DNA of 64,000 nt from the NCBI GenBank assembly GCA_023653025.1, contig JAMNXS010000001.1, positions 10,490 through 74,489 on the forward strand. Direction: 5' to 3'. The first letter of the stretch is position 1, and every line of letters starts with the position of its first letter. The translations under genes and the position numbers were made by a program. Origin of the DNA: Burkholderiaceae bacterium. Its GTDB lineage: Bacteria; Pseudomonadota; Gammaproteobacteria; Burkholderiales; Burkholderiaceae_D. The notes beneath the pieces were generated by a model. It did not search any database and was not told the origin of the DNA. It was given only the letters and a program-made list of their open reading frames with translations. Positions 19,456-27,086 of this stretch are shown here, piece by piece.

Positions 19456-20940
19456 CTACTGGCCCGCCCTGTTTCCCGGGATCGGCGTATTCAGGTAAGG
19501 AAAACGATTCTGGTAATCCGCCGCGGACTTGCGTACGCCGTCCGTTAGCGCGGCACCTCCGGCGGGTGCGTCGGACGGCCTGCATCCGACGCCCAGCGCG
19601 TCCTGGGCGCCGGTCAATACGCACAGGGCGCCCATCGACACACGCAGCGACAGATCCACCACGTCGTCGGCCGGCCGGCGGCCGTTCGGGAAGCCGGCAT
19701 TGTCGCCTGCGGCGACGCCCAAGGGGTTCTGTGCCCCTTGCGCCGTGACCGGGATCGACGTGTTCAGGCGGAGCATCTCGGAAGCGACGACGTTGCTCGG
19801 CTGGTTCAGGCCCGGCACCCCTTTCAGAAAGACGGTGACGAGGTCGGTTCTGGGAAAATTGGTCGGCGCGGGCGCGGACGGGAAGAGCGTCTGGATCAGC
19901 GTCGGCAAGCTGGGGTTGGTGACATAGTCGGCGAATTGCGCGTCATCCTGCGGGCGGGAATGGTTGAACCGGTTCTTGTCATCCATGCCGATCACCAGCT
20001 CGTTGACCAACGGCATGCCCAGTCTCGATACTTGCGTGTACTGGCCTTCCTGTCTTGCTGCCGTATTCAGGCCCGGGGCCGGCGGCGAATTGAGATTGCG
20101 CTGCTGTGGCAAGCTGGCCGTGGTCCAGCTGCCGACGATCGGTTGCCTGTCTGTCGCAAGACAACTGATCGGGACTTCCATCGCTATGCTGGTAACGTTT
20201 TTTCCTTCCAGATTGTTTTCATTTCCGCCTGTCTCCGGCCCCAGCGGATTCAGGTTGAAGAGATCAAACGCCTTGCCGACGGCAATGTAAAACGGCTCTT
20301 TGCGCTGGCCGACGAATACCCTGGCATGGCCGCAGCCGGCAATGGCCACCTCATGAATGTGGCGGCTGGCATAGGTCTCATAACCGCCGGGAAAACTCTT
20401 CTCGCCGATATTGTCGACAGGCTTGTCCAGCGGATAGGAAGTGACCCGCGTGCGGTTGTTACCGCGACGGTCGCCGCGCACGAGATCAACGGTATAGGTT
20501 TCCCTCACATTCAGTGTCGGCGAATTCACGCCATCGATGGGACCGGAGTTGATCAGCGGGATTTTCGTCTGCTTGCCGCCGACCGGAATGGCGGCTGCTT
20601 TGGACTGATTTTTGAAGCGGAACTGGAAACTCAGATCTTCTTTCGCGTCGCCATTGGTGTCGAAGTGAATCTCGTAGAGCGCGTTCTCGTCGAACTGGTA
20701 GAAGTTCGGCCCGCCGAACGGATCCTGGAAAGGAATGTAGTTCGCGATCACCGTCACGAAGGCCTCCCGGCCGGGTTCGTAACTTCGGAAAAGATACAAG
20801 TCGGTCGCGTCCACTTTGGGCTGTTCCGTCAGGAACGGCGCCTCCCGGTGACTGGCAGCCATGGCAACGTTCGCGACAGTCAGCGCCAGCAGCGACAGCC
20901 CTGAAAGAATTCGGACTGCCGAGAAACAAGTGGTTCGCAT
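19456..20940 (-). CDS. DUF4331 domain-containing exported protein
   Basis: Signal peptide then ASHREAP, DATDLYLFRS, QVSRLGMPLVNE, GFPNGRRPADDVVD. Confidence 0.9.
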   Translation of the reverse strand: MRTTCFSAVRILSGLSLLALTVANVAMAASHREAPFLTEQPKVDATDLYLFRSYEPGREAFVTVIANYIPFQDPFGGPNFYQFDENALYEIHFDTNGDAKEDLSFQFRFKNQSKAAAIPVGGKQTKIPLINSGPIDGVNSPTLNVRETYTVDLVRGDRRGNNRTRVTSYPLDKPVDNIGEKSFPGGYETYASRHIHEVAIAGCGHARVFVGQRKEPFYIAVGKAFDLFNLNPLGPETGGNENNLEGKNVTSIAMEVPISCLATDRQPIVGSWTTASLPQQRNLNSPPAPGLNTAARQEGQYTQVSRLGMPLVNELVIGMDDKNRFNHSRPQDDAQFADYVTNPSLPTLIQTLFPSAPAPTNFPRTDLVTVFLKGVPGLNQPSNVVASEMLRLNTSIPVTAQGAQNPLGVAAGDNAGFPNGRRPADDVVDLSLRVSMGALCVLTGAQDALGVGCRPSDAPAGGAALTDGVRKSAADYQNRFPYLNTPIPGNRAGQ

Positions 20941-21175
20941 ACAGTCACCTTGAAGAGATCCGGAGGAACGTGCCTACGCACGCAGCGCGCAATGTCGAGT
21001 TCGACTCGCAGTGCGGTCTTGCGTTCTGCATGTCGATTGACGCATTGCGCCCCGTCTCGTCCTCAGGCTCTGATGGGAGTCAATCTCGGCGCCGAATTGG
21101 AATTGATAAACTGGCCTGTCCGGATTCGGCGGAGTTTTTCTCCGCTGACGGCCTCGTCCATGAAAGTTTCCCACC

Positions 21176-22114
21176 GTGAGCAAGCATGCTGCCATGAGGT
21201 TTGGAGCCTGTCCCGCTCGATCGACGGCAAGGCGCGCCGACGCAGGCAAGTCGATTGGGTCGACAGCGAGGCGCAGCCCAACTGGCGGCCTGACGAAAAG
21301 GGCGCTTGTCTCGGCTCTTCTCTGGCTGCTCCTGCCCGGCTCGGCGATTTCTCATGAGTTCTGGGTCCTGCCCAGCAGCTTCGCTCCCGCAGCGGGGCAG
21401 CCTCTGTTGCTGCGACTCTACGTGGGCGAGTTCTTCCGGGGCGAGTGCGTTCCGTTCACTCGTACTTATGTGGAATCCTTGCGCCACTTCTCTGCGCGGG
21501 GCGTCATCGACGAGCAGATCGGGCAACGGTCCGCTGTTTGCGAGCAAGGGATGCGACTGCGCCCGGTCGAGCAGGGGTCGCTGCTTTTAGCGATCGACAC
21601 GGCACCCAGGGTGGTCAAGCTGTCCGGCGACAAATTCACGGATTATCTTCTTGCCGAAGGCTTGGACGACGCGCTCGCGATGCGGAGCGCATCGGCCAGC
21701 ACGAACCAGCCGGGACGAGAGCGCTATCGCCGGCACGTCAAGACCCTGATCTCGGTCGCGGGGAAGAGCGACGCGACTGCCTTGGCCTCCACCGGGCAGA
21801 GAATTGAAATACTCCCCGCTTCGCCGCCGCAACGATGGGGTCCCGACGAGCAAGCCGAACTGCGGGTGATATTCGACGGCAAACCCCTGACAGGCGCTCT
21901 GCTCAAGGCATGGCATCGGCACGGCGGACAGCTGGTGTCGGCAAGCCAGCGCACGGACGCGCGCGGCCATGCGAAATTCGCCCTGCCTCATGAAGGCATC
22001 TGGATGTTCAGCGTCGTGCATATGATTCCCGCGATCCGCGTCCCGGACGCCGACTGGGACAGCTTCTGGGGCAACCTCACCCTGCACACCGGACCCGGCG
22101 AAAAATCGAAGTAG
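21176..22114 (+). CDS. DUF4198 domain-containing periplasmic protein (true start probably further downstream)
   Basis: Signal peptide ending SAIS-HEFWVLP, RERYRRHVKTL, TDARG, WDSFWGNLT. Confidence 0.8.
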   Translation: MSKHAAMRFGACPARSTARRADAGKSIGSTARRSPTGGLTKRALVSALLWLLLPGSAISHEFWVLPSSFAPAAGQPLLLRLYVGEFFRGECVPFTRTYVESLRHFSARGVIDEQIGQRSAVCEQGMRLRPVEQGSLLLAIDTAPRVVKLSGDKFTDYLLAEGLDDALAMRSASASTNQPGRERYRRHVKTLISVAGKSDATALASTGQRIEILPASPPQRWGPDEQAELRVIFDGKPLTGALLKAWHRHGGQLVSASQRTDARGHAKFALPHEGIWMFSVVHMIPAIRVPDADWDSFWGNLTLHTGPGEKSK

Positions 22115-22141
22115 CCCGCGGCGCAAATGCACGCTTGACGA

Positions 22142-22387
22142 TCAGGCAGGCAAGCGCTCATCCAGCACTTTTCGCAATCCGCGCAACGTCACCGGCGCCG
22201 ACTCCGGATCCAGTGCCTGACGCAGTGCCTCGTTGATCATCGTCTGGTAACCGCGACCGGACGCGTCGGCCCTGCTTCTGAAGGCTTCGATGATGTCATC
22301 GTCGAGCATGATGGTGATGCGGGTCTTGCCCGGCGAGGCAATCACTGCACCGCGTTGTCCTCGGCCGAAATCGTATTCCTTATCCAT
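22142..22387 (-). CDS. BrnA family antitoxin
   Basis: MDKEYDF, KTRITIMLDDDIIEAFR, GYQTMINEALR (RHH-like); overlaps the toxin stop. Confidence 0.88.
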   Translation of the reverse strand: MDKEYDFGRGQRGAVIASPGKTRITIMLDDDIIEAFRSRADASGRGYQTMINEALRQALDPESAPVTLRGLRKVLDERLPA

Positions 22388-22661
22388 GGTAGTTCCTTGT
22401 CTCGTTTGGACTGGCCTTGCGAGCGGAGATGATTCTTGTCCGGTCTCCACGCTGAGTGTGGCACACCACCAGTAGGCGCCCGATCGCATCCATCCCGAGA
22501 GTCAGGAAACGTTGCTCGTCATGATGAGCCGGATCCAGGATGGTGAACGCACACTCATCCCGCAAAGCCTGTTCTGCATGGGCGAAACTGACGCCGTGCT
22601 TGGAGTAGTTGGTACGCGCCTTGTCGGGGTCGAATTCGATGTCCACCAGGCCAGTATACAT
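22380..22661 (-). CDS. BrnT family toxin (start may be GTG at 22646)
   Basis: EFDPDKARTNYSKHGVSF, EQRFLTLG, RIISARKA. Confidence 0.9.
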   Translation of the reverse strand: MYTGLVDIEFDPDKARTNYSKHGVSFAHAEQALRDECAFTILDPAHHDEQRFLTLGMDAIGRLLVVCHTQRGDRTRIISARKASPNETRNYHG

Positions 22662-22721
22662 ATTTTATGCATATGCTCAAGGCCGATAGTTCCATTCTGC
22701 TCAACGCAATAGCGCCACCCT

Positions 22722-23759
22722 TCAGAGACCCTTGCGCGACAGGCCGCGCACGGTCGGCCGGCGCCGCGCGCGCAGGGCTGCCGCCAAGAGCACGCCCGTA
22801 CCCGCGGCCAATGCCATCGCCGTGCGCGGATGCGTGACGGCGCGCATGTAGTAGCTGCGCTCCCGCACGTGCTCCATGCCTGCCCGCTCCTCAAGGTCCG
22901 CGCCGGGGCGGTACAGGCTGCCGTTGCGGTCACGGCTGGCCGGCGTCGTGCTTTTCTGCTGGTCGATGCCCAGCCATTCCATGGCCTTGTCGAGCAGGCG
23001 CGGCGTGTGATGCGCGCCGGCAGCCATCAGGCGGGCGCTGCCGCCGACGTACAAGTCGCGCACCGGATGCTGCGCGGCATAAAGAATGGCCTCGGTCACG
23101 ACCTCGGGCGCGTATACCGGCGGCGGATAAGTCGGTTCGACCTCCATGTAATTTTTCGCATGGCGGATGAACGGCGTATCGATGGACGTGGGCTTGATCA
23201 GGCTCACCGATACCGGCGCGCCTACGGCTTCGAGCTCCATTCGCAGCGAGTCGATGAAACCCTTGACCGCGTGCTTGGAGGCGCCGTAGATGCCCTGCAT
23301 CGGCAGGCTGCGGTCGGAGGTGATGCTGCCGACCGTAATCAGCGCGCCGCCGCGCGATTTCAGTTGCGGCAAGGCCGTCATGCAGCCATGCACCACGCCC
23401 CAGAAGTTCGTCTCGAACAGCGAGCGCATGTCTGCGCGGCTGACCTCCTCGTTGGCGCCGAAGATGCCGATGCCGGCATTGTTGACCCAGGTGTCGAATC
23501 CGCCGAACTTCTCGAGTGCCGCCGCAGCGATGCGCTGCACATCGTCTTCCTTGCCGACGTCGGCAACGACGGTTTCGACCTGCGCGCCGCGCGCGCGGAG
23601 CTCGCGGGCCAGTTCGTCGAGCGCCTCGGCATTGCGTGCGGCCAGCACGAGCCTTGCGCCTTGCGATGCGGCCATGCGCGCCGTGTTCAGACCAATGCCG
23701 CTGGTGGCGCCGGTCAGCACCAGCACCTGATCGCGAAGGGGTTTGAGCGTGTGTTTCAT
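22722..23759 (-). CDS. SDR family oxidoreductase
   Basis: TGATSGIG, WVNNAG, YGASK; C-terminal membrane tail. Confidence 0.88.
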   Translation of the reverse strand: MKHTLKPLRDQVLVLTGATSGIGLNTARMAASQGARLVLAARNAEALDELARELRARGAQVETVVADVGKEDDVQRIAAAALEKFGGFDTWVNNAGIGIFGANEEVSRADMRSLFETNFWGVVHGCMTALPQLKSRGGALITVGSITSDRSLPMQGIYGASKHAVKGFIDSLRMELEAVGAPVSVSLIKPTSIDTPFIRHAKNYMEVEPTYPPPVYAPEVVTEAILYAAQHPVRDLYVGGSARLMAAGAHHTPRLLDKAMEWLGIDQQKSTTPASRDRNGSLYRPGADLEERAGMEHVRERSYYMRAVTHPRTAMALAAGTGVLLAAALRARRRPTVRGLSRKGL

Positions 23760-23827
23760 TCGCAGCCTCCTCAAATCCTACTGCACTGCGAAACCCGTGC
23801 CAGCCGCTGCATGACCGCCAGCCGTCG

Positions 23828-24385
23828 CTATCGGTCGCTCGCTAGCCGCGCGCCGACGTTCAGGCGCGCCCCCTCGAGTTCCGCCAGAAGAATCGCCTGC
23901 AGCGTCGGATTGGGTACGCCAACGAGGTCGGCGAAGCGCTCGATCCAGTCGAGATACTCCAGTGCCTGCTTGGCCTTCCAGGCGGGCGGCGCGTACGGGC
24001 CGCCGATAGTGCGCGCGCTGACTGCGAGCTGGGCCAGTTTCAGCAGTCTCGATTTGCGCGACATGTGCGGGGCCAGCGTCATGCGCAGCACCTTGCGCGT
24101 GGACACCGACAGCTGCGGGTGGTCGGTCGCCTCGGCGACGATAAACGCAGTCTCGGCGCCGAAGGCGGCTGCGATGTCGGCTTCGGTTGTGCCGGCCGAT
24201 TGCAGCAAGTCATGCAGCACCGCCGCAGCAAGCAGGAAGGGATCGCCCTCGCCGGCTTCGATCAGCAGCCGGGCCACCTCCATCGGGTCGGGAATGCAAT
24301 ACAGGCCCGGCTCGTCGAGGCCGGTCGAGCGGCGCGAGGCGCGGAACGCGACGGCCTTCTCGGCCATGGCAGGCAACATCGACAT
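23828..24385 (-). CDS. Mesh1/SAH-like HD domain protein with degenerate active site (alternative start 24448)
   Basis: AAVLHDLL, FGAETAFIVAEATD, SRLLKLAQ align by eye to the RelA/SpoT hydrolase fold. Confidence 0.65.
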   Translation of the reverse strand: MSMLPAMAEKAVAFRASRRSTGLDEPGLYCIPDPMEVARLLIEAGEGDPFLLAAAVLHDLLQSAGTTEADIAAAFGAETAFIVAEATDHPQLSVSTRKVLRMTLAPHMSRKSRLLKLAQLAVSARTIGGPYAPPAWKAKQALEYLDWIERFADLVGVPNPTLQAILLAELEGARLNVGARLASDR

Positions 24386-24423
24386 CGGGGGCGGGCTGCT
24401 GGAGCAGTTTCGTGGTCGGCCGC

Positions 24424-25797
24424 TCAGTCGGCGGGGCTCAGGCGGCATTGCATGCGCCGCACGGGTCGTATCGTAACCCGACTGCCGGGAAAGACCCGAT
24501 CGGGGTCCAGCACCTGCACATCATGCCGTCGTAGCACCTCGCACAGGATCAGCGATGCCTCGAGTTGTGCGATGGTGGCGCCCGTGCACACCCGCGGCCC
24601 GAGCCCGAACGGAATGTAGGTGCCGGCTCGCGCGCCGCCGCCGGGCGATTCGAAGCGCGAGGGGTCGAAACAGTCGGCATCGCGCCAGTATCCGCGATGA
24701 CGATGCAGCAGCCAAGGCGAGACAACGACGAAGCTGCCGGCCGGGACGGCGCAGCGACCGAAGCGGTCGCCGCGCAGGGCGCGCCGCGTCAAGAAGGCGA
24801 CCGGCGGATACAGGCGCAGCGTTTCGCGGAACACGCTGCGCACCGCGGGCAGTTCCTTGAGGTCGTGGAAGTCGAACGCCCGCTCGCCGAGCTGCGACTG
24901 TATCTCCGAGCGCAGCCGCTGCCGCACGGCAGGCTGGCAGGACAGCAGGAAGAATGCCCACGCGAGACTGCTGGCCGTGGTCTCGTGTCCGGCGAGGAAG
25001 AAAACGGCGAGCTGGTCGATCACCTGCGTACGCGTGAACGCGCGGCCGTCGGCATCGCGGGCATCGATCACGGCCTGCGCGAAATCGACGAAGCGCTGCC
25101 CGGCGTCAAGTTCGGCGAGGCGCCGCTCCAGCAGCCGGGCCAGCAGGCCGCGAATGCGGGCGGCCTCCTCGAGCAAGGCCGGCGGCAACTCGGGCGGGCG
25201 GTCGGGATGACTGGCCAGCACCACCCGCAGGTCGAACTGCGGAACGCTCTGCTGGAAGCGGGTAAACGACTGGAACACCTGCGCCGCTTCGCCGGCATCG
25301 ATCGGCTGCGAGAACATCGCGCGGAACATGATGTCGGCCGTGACGCGGCTCAGTTCGGCCTCGAGGTCGAGCACGCTGCCAGCCGGAACCGCGGCCAGCC
25401 GGTCGGTAAAGTCTCGCACCGCCAGCTGCATTTTCGGGAAAACCTGCTCGAGCCGCATGTGCATGAAGGCCGGCTCGAGCATGGCGCGGTCGTGCTCCCA
25501 GGTGTCGCCGCCGGAGATCAGCACGCCGTCGCCGAGCAGCGGGCGCAGGCCATCGACCATGAGGTCGCTTTTCGGGTAATTCTGCCGGTCGTCGATGAAG
25601 ATGCGCCGTACGAGGTCCGGATGGTTGACGATGAATACCGGCCGCCGTCCGATCGGCACGGCGACTACGTCCCGCTCATAGCATGAACGGGGCAGCGTCT
25701 GCAGGAGGTCGGGGGCGCGCTCGAAGAAAATCTTCAGCCCGACGGCCACGCTGGAGCGCAGCGGAGGCGCCGGCGGACGCCAGTCGGCAGGCGGCAT
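24424..25797 (-). CDS. Cytochrome P450
   Basis: I-helix FFLAGHETT, ETLR (ExxR), heme motif PFGLGPRVCTG. Confidence 0.95.
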   Translation of the reverse strand: MPPADWRPPAPPLRSSVAVGLKIFFERAPDLLQTLPRSCYERDVVAVPIGRRPVFIVNHPDLVRRIFIDDRQNYPKSDLMVDGLRPLLGDGVLISGGDTWEHDRAMLEPAFMHMRLEQVFPKMQLAVRDFTDRLAAVPAGSVLDLEAELSRVTADIMFRAMFSQPIDAGEAAQVFQSFTRFQQSVPQFDLRVVLASHPDRPPELPPALLEEAARIRGLLARLLERRLAELDAGQRFVDFAQAVIDARDADGRAFTRTQVIDQLAVFFLAGHETTASSLAWAFFLLSCQPAVRQRLRSEIQSQLGERAFDFHDLKELPAVRSVFRETLRLYPPVAFLTRRALRGDRFGRCAVPAGSFVVVSPWLLHRHRGYWRDADCFDPSRFESPGGGARAGTYIPFGLGPRVCTGATIAQLEASLILCEVLRRHDVQVLDPDRVFPGSRVTIRPVRRMQCRLSPAD

Positions 25798-25812
25798 TCC
25801 CGCGCCGACCGC

Positions 25813-25926
25813 TCAGTTCGACTTGCGGCGGCGCTCGCGCTCGAGGTTACCGCGGTGGAAATGGTTCATCACCATGAAGGCCATCATGACGACCCAGATC
25901 AGCATCAGAATCTGCCAGATTTTCAT
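25813..25926 (-). CDS. 37-aa small membrane protein (not in ORF track)
   Basis: Hand translation MKIWQILMLIWVVMMAFMVMNHFHRGNLERERRRKSN; RBS GGAGA 4 nt before ATG; stop 15 nt upstream of the P450 start. Confidence 0.65.
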   Translation of the reverse strand: MKIWQILMLIWVVMMAFMVMNHFHRGNLERERRRKSN

Positions 25927-26077
25927 ATTGTCTCCCGGGGGCTCTTGGTCAAGGGGGGAAGGCCGCGGGGCAGCCCGGCGTGGATCTTATCGCTGAATCG
26001 GATGTGCTGCCTGCGGGGCTGGCTGCGAGGCGGCCCATCGGGTGCCCGGGGCTTGCGCCCCGGGGACGGCCATGGTC

Positions 26078-26290
26078 TTACTTGCGCGCCGGCTCGGGCG
26101 CGGCAGCCACCTGCAATGGTGCTTCCTGCATCGATACCTGGGCAGCGCCGCCGTTGAGGTATTTCTTTACCCAAGTCGTGTTGATCGTCAGTGCGAGATG
26201 CACCGAGAACGAGGCCACGGCGACGGCACCGATGATGACGGGAATGCCGACCGAAGGCTTCACGACGCACCACATTTTTCCGTAGATCAT
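26078..26290 (-). CDS. pucA: Light-harvesting complex LH2 alpha chain
   Basis: MIYGKMWCVVKPSVGIPVIIGAVAVASFSVHLALTINTTW: conserved W-x-VV-x-P-x-VG-x-P, BChl-ligand His, downstream Trp. Confidence 0.9.
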   Translation of the reverse strand: MIYGKMWCVVKPSVGIPVIIGAVAVASFSVHLALTINTTWVKKYLNGGAAQVSMQEAPLQVAAAPEPARK

Positions 26291-26308
26291 GTCAGTCTTC
26301 CTTTCCTG

Positions 26309-26461
26309 TCAATGCAGCCACGGCGAATAGATATACGCCAGCAGATGGGCAAACGCCGAAATCATGCCGAAAATCTGCGTGCCCTGGATTAAATTGCGGT
26401 GAATCTCTTCCGACTCGGCCTCGGTCAGTCCGGTCGGCCATACCTTGTCTTTGTCTGACAT
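26309..26461 (-). CDS. pucB: Light-harvesting complex LH2 beta chain (not in ORF track)
   Basis: Hand translation MSDKDKVWPTGLTEAESEEIHRNLIQGTQIFGMISAFAHLLAYIYSPWLH: TGLT-x-AE-x-EE-x-H, AH-x-LA, PWL; RBS AAGGAG. Confidence 0.93.
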   Translation of the reverse strand: MSDKDKVWPTGLTEAESEEIHRNLIQGTQIFGMISAFAHLLAYIYSPWLH

Positions 26462-26556
26462 AACAGCCACTCCTTAAAGGGACATTCAATTGCGCTGGAC
26501 CCGCACGCAGGCACTGTGTCTGTTGCTGACCCGGCCGGGCGATGAGGCAACCTGAG

Positions 26557-26600
26557 TGTAATTATTTATTTACACATCAGATTGTCATTAATTATTGACG
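26557..26600 (-). promoter_or_regulatory. Tandem PpsR/CrtJ operator overlapping the puc promoter
   Basis: TGT-N12-ACA at 26557-26574 and TGT-N12-ACG at 26583-26600, 8 nt apart, the classical spacing for cooperative PpsR sites; AT-rich. Confidence 0.8.
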
Positions 26601-26692
26601 ACGAAATTGCCGGAAGTCAACTGTTCGGTCACAAAAAGACTTGGGGGACAGATTTCGTTGCTTTTTCGGGAAGGGGAAGGGCATAACCTGAC

Positions 26693-27067
26693 GGCGGATT
26701 TCGCCTGCGGCTCTATCCGCCCTACGGTTAGCGAGTGAACGTAGGGCGGATAGAGCCGCAGGCGAAATCCGCCGAACCAACCGACGACCGTAGGGCGGAT
26801 AGAGCCGCAGGCGAAATCCGCCAAACCAACCGACGACCATAGGGCGGATAGAGCCGCAGGCGAAATCCGCCGAACCAACCGACGACCGTAGGGCGGATAA
26901 AGCCGCAGGCGAAATCCGCCAAACCAACCGACGACCGTAGGGCGGATAGAGCCGCAGGCGAAATCCGCCGAACCAACCGACGACCGTAGGGCGGATAGAG
27001 CCGCAGGCGAAATCCGCCGAACCAACCGACGACCGTAGGGCGGATAGAGCCGCAGGCGAAATCCGCC
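26693..27067. repeat. GTAG-family REP cluster: one inverted copy plus 7 direct copies at a 49-bp period
   Basis: Unit GTAGGGCGGATAGAGCCGCAGGCGAAATCCGCC plus near-constant linker GAACCAACCGACGACC. Direct copies start at 26741, 26790, 26839, 26888, 26937, 26986 and 27035; inverted copy at 26693-26725. Confidence 0.92.
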
Positions 27068-27086
27068 GCATCAACCGCCACCGCAT

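Noticed and set aside
26741-27067. CRISPR array
   Set aside because: The 16-nt spacers are essentially identical, the repeat is a GTAG-REP hairpin, and no cas genes are present.
26588-27086. Three minus-strand ORFs (145, 164 and 117 aa) with repeating RRISPAALSALRSSVG
   Set aside because: Artefacts of a stop-free 49-bp repeat read through rotating frames; no RBS or protein-like composition.
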